From positions 1 through 60,355 of the IMG/VR virus record IMGVR_UViG_3300046791_000086: DNA of 60,355 nt. One strand, given 5' to 3'. The stretch comes from a virus. Positions 58,499 through 60,355 of the stretch are shown here, one piece after another (positions within the stretch are counted from its first letter, which is position 1; each line of letters begins with the position of its first letter). Below the pieces are notes generated by a model. The model was given only the letters and a program-made list of their open reading frames with translations. It was not told where the DNA came from and did no database searches. The position numbers and the translations under genes are program-made.

Positions 58499-59713
58499 TT
58501 AGAGCTTGTCTGCGACGATGCAGACCCACTCAGGGCGTATCCACAGATAGCCGAACACAACATCCAGCCTGGACAGGAACAAGTCCGTGCTCGCTGAATA
58601 CTGGCTCAGGAACCGCATGGAGACTCCATCGAACTGCTCGCGGGCAGCTTCATGGACGCCGCCGGGCAGCTCAAGGTCTGCCGTGGCGATGGTAACTGCG
58701 TCCTTCTGCATGACGAAGTTCTTGCGGTAGATTTCTGCCGAGGCCGAGACCACCGTAATGGTTGCGGTGTCCGCCGGGCTGGCGTCCACAGTCTGGTACT
58801 GGACCTTGACTGGGCCGGCAGTCGGAGGGACAATGGCGGGGTAGATCGCCACCGAAGTACCGCCAGAACCCATGGTTGCAGTCACAACGAACTGCCGCAG
58901 GGAACCAGTGGACTCCTTGGTGATCGGGTTGACAGCATTGACACCTGCGAAGGTGATGATGTCGCCCTTCTTGAAGCCGCCAGTCACGGCGTTAACCGTG
59001 ACAGTCAGGCCCGTCTGCGAAGCGCCATTGACGGTCTTGGACCCGGAGTAGGTCGCGGTGGTATGCTTGATGGTGGTCTGATCCATCATCCAGTCGAAAC
59101 CCAGCGCATTCATCATTTCGCCAGAAGCGAACTGCTCAGAAATGCGCGTGGCCGGGTTGAAGAGGCCAGAGAGCGACGCAACGGTGCGGGCCTGGGTCAG
59201 GGGGTCAATAATGGCGACCCGCCCGTCACCCCTTGGCGCGGCGTTTTCGTCCAGCTTCGCACCCGCTAACAGCCACTCAGTCGCGGTCGGAGAGATGATC
59301 GCGCCGGTAGAGGTCAGAGAGATGAAGTTGCTTGCACCAGCCTCAACGCCAGACATGACCTGGAGGGCAACTTCGCCCGTCAGGTTGTTCAGCATCGGCT
59401 TCAGACAGCGATTGGAGAAATCGTCCATCTGCATCGTCCGCTCCAGAGAACTGAAGCTGACGTCGATGCCCTTCTGGCTGGCGACGGTGAGAGTGGTGTT
59501 GGTTTCAGTCGTGGTGTTCGCTGATGCCGGGGCACCGTCACGGACCACGTAGTCATTCGGGAGCCGAATGCGCAACGCAGTGCCGATCTTGGCGCCCGTC
59601 TTGGCGAACTGGTCATCGTACTGGTGGTCGATGACTTTGATGAAGCTGTTGGTGTTTTTCCACAGCCTGATTGCCTCGCGCGTAATCTCGGAGGCGGTGA
59701 GAATGGTGTTCAT
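58499..59713 (-). CDS. Major capsid protein, P22-coat-like family (404 aa)
   Basis: ATG at 59713 lies 6 nt after GGAG (track TTG start 59725). GAKIGTALRIRLPNDY, GDIITFAGVNAV and a C-terminal LDVVFGYLWIRPEW pattern resemble the P22 coat family. Confidence 0.85.
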   Translation of the reverse strand: MNTILTASEITREAIRLWKNTNSFIKVIDHQYDDQFAKTGAKIGTALRIRLPNDYVVRDGAPASANTTTETNTTLTVASQKGIDVSFSSLERTMQMDDFSNRCLKPMLNNLTGEVALQVMSGVEAGASNFISLTSTGAIISPTATEWLLAGAKLDENAAPRGDGRVAIIDPLTQARTVASLSGLFNPATRISEQFASGEMMNALGFDWMMDQTTIKHTTATYSGSKTVNGASQTGLTVTVNAVTGGFKKGDIITFAGVNAVNPITKESTGSLRQFVVTATMGSGGTSVAIYPAIVPPTAGPVKVQYQTVDASPADTATITVVSASAEIYRKNFVMQKDAVTIATADLELPGGVHEAAREQFDGVSMRFLSQYSASTDLFLSRLDVVFGYLWIRPEWVCIVADKL

Positions 59714-59789
59714 TGGAGTCTCCAAAGGGCCGTAGCCCGGTTTTTGGCGTGATTGCCACTTTTCTCATCGCCAGAGGCAAGACTTTTTA

Positions 59790-59797
59790 CAATACCA
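59790..59797 (-). promoter_or_regulatory. TGGTATTG box (extended -10-like GTGGTATTGT) upstream of the coat gene
   Basis: Reverse complement of CAATACCA at 59790..59797, about 80 nt upstream of the coat ATG. Confidence 0.3.
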
Positions 59798-59869
59798 CTG
59801 GTTTTGCCCCGCGCGACCAAGGCAGTTTTCGCAAACATCAGCAAGCAAGCAAGGGCTGAAGTCCTTGTC

Positions 59870-60118
59870 TTAGGCAGCACCGTGGGCCTCATTCCTCGGG
59901 AATGGTGGGCTTTGGACTGCAAATTCATCGCCTGGCTCAGACATAAATATCGGAACCAGTTCTACCAGCAGATTTTCACTCCCAGTGAAATCTGCCACAT
60001 GCGTAAGCCGAGGCTTTGCCCCACCCACTTCCCAACGGCGCAGCCGCTTAGACCCAAAGTCTACCGAGCACAGCGCACTGTAGACGGTCTGGAAGGGAGA
60101 GGGGCAAAGAGCATTCAT
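59870..60118 (-). CDS. Doubtful small ORF (82 aa) between the scaffold and coat genes
   Basis: ORF track. The ATG overlaps the scaffold stop (ATGA), but the composition is not clearly protein-like. Confidence 0.3.
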   Translation of the reverse strand: MNALCPSPFQTVYSALCSVDFGSKRLRRWEVGGAKPRLTHVADFTGSENLLVELVPIFMSEPGDEFAVQSPPFPRNEAHGAA

Positions 60119-60355
60119 CTTCCGCGGGCCTTGTGCTTAGCGGCCAGCTCTGCGTTCCGTGCCGCCATCCAGTCTTTGATGCTGGAGTTCGGGTTGCGCA
60201 GGGCACTTGGCGCTGCACCGTCCCCAGAGACTGCAGCAGTGATCGGCGCGGGGGCGTTAGACGCCCGCACTGGAGCCTCAAACGTGGCCGCGATCTTGGC
60301 CAACGCCACCGCCTGGCGCACAGGAGAGAGCTTGGCAACTTCCATCGCCTTTTCG
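60115..60355 (-). CDS. Scaffolding-like protein, C-terminal part (continuation of 1..741)
   Basis: Track ORF 60115..60345. Its upstream part lies in the terminal repeat and is in frame with the ORF starting at 741. Confidence 0.6.
   Translation of the reverse strand, partial: EKAMEVAKLSPVRQAVALAKIAATFEAPVRASNAPAPITAAVSGDGAAPSALRNPNSSIKDWMAARNAELAAKHKARGR
60229..60355. repeat. Terminal direct repeat, right copy (identical to 1..127)
   Basis: Direct comparison with bases 1..127. Confidence 0.95.

Noticed and set aside
59710-59928. 72-aa minus-strand track ORF overlapping the coat gene start region.
   Set aside because: It overlaps the coat 5' end and the promoter-like leader. The composition is not protein-like and there is no SD.

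Overview
The window is a complete tailed-phage genome. Bases 1-127 are identical to 60229-60355, so the contig closes into a 60,228-bp circle.

Layout:
- Late arm, minus strand: runs from 10769 leftwards, through the contig junction, to 37858. In transcription order it encodes an HTH protein (possible small terminase), small proteins, a PD-(D/E)XK nuclease, a PBSX-type large terminase, the portal, an 846-aa head-module polyvalent protein, a scaffold-like protein, a P22-type coat protein, adaptor and hub candidates, a tail-collar fibre, a GNAT acetyltransferase, three ejection-type proteins (one with a lysozyme domain), a large set of fibre or receptor-binding-like proteins, and a lysis cassette.
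- Early/middle arm, plus strand (11804-37821): many small ORFs plus a replication and recombination set. This set includes a UvrD-like helicase, an HslV-like peptidase, a SLOG/DUF2493 protein, a Cas4-like nuclease, a P-loop ATPase, a DUF669-like protein, a ParB-methyltransferase fusion, a MazG-like protein, a DUF3987-like NTPase, and a family-A DNA polymerase split into two ORFs whose first half carries a UDG-like domain.
- The arms diverge from a 1-kb repeat-dense non-coding hub (10770-11803) and converge on a hairpin at 37832-37852.

I found no integrase, lysogeny module, phage RNA polymerase, tape measure, sheath, tRNA or CRISPR array. This fits a virulent podovirus-like phage that uses host RNA polymerase. 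The spanin-like genes suggest a Gram-negative host.

Most worth follow-up:
- the non-coding hub (iteron-like GGCACCCA repeats, TAGGACTC and CCATAGGAA boxes, GA(C/G)TC enrichment)
- a second 0.5-kb non-coding gap containing a T23 tract
- the polymerase break inside the exonuclease domain
- the portal-adjacent HExxH plus ART-like polyvalent protein
- the GNAT coupled into the ejection-protein operon
- the stand-alone HslV-like peptidase

All family assignments come from motif recognition by eye. No database search was run.
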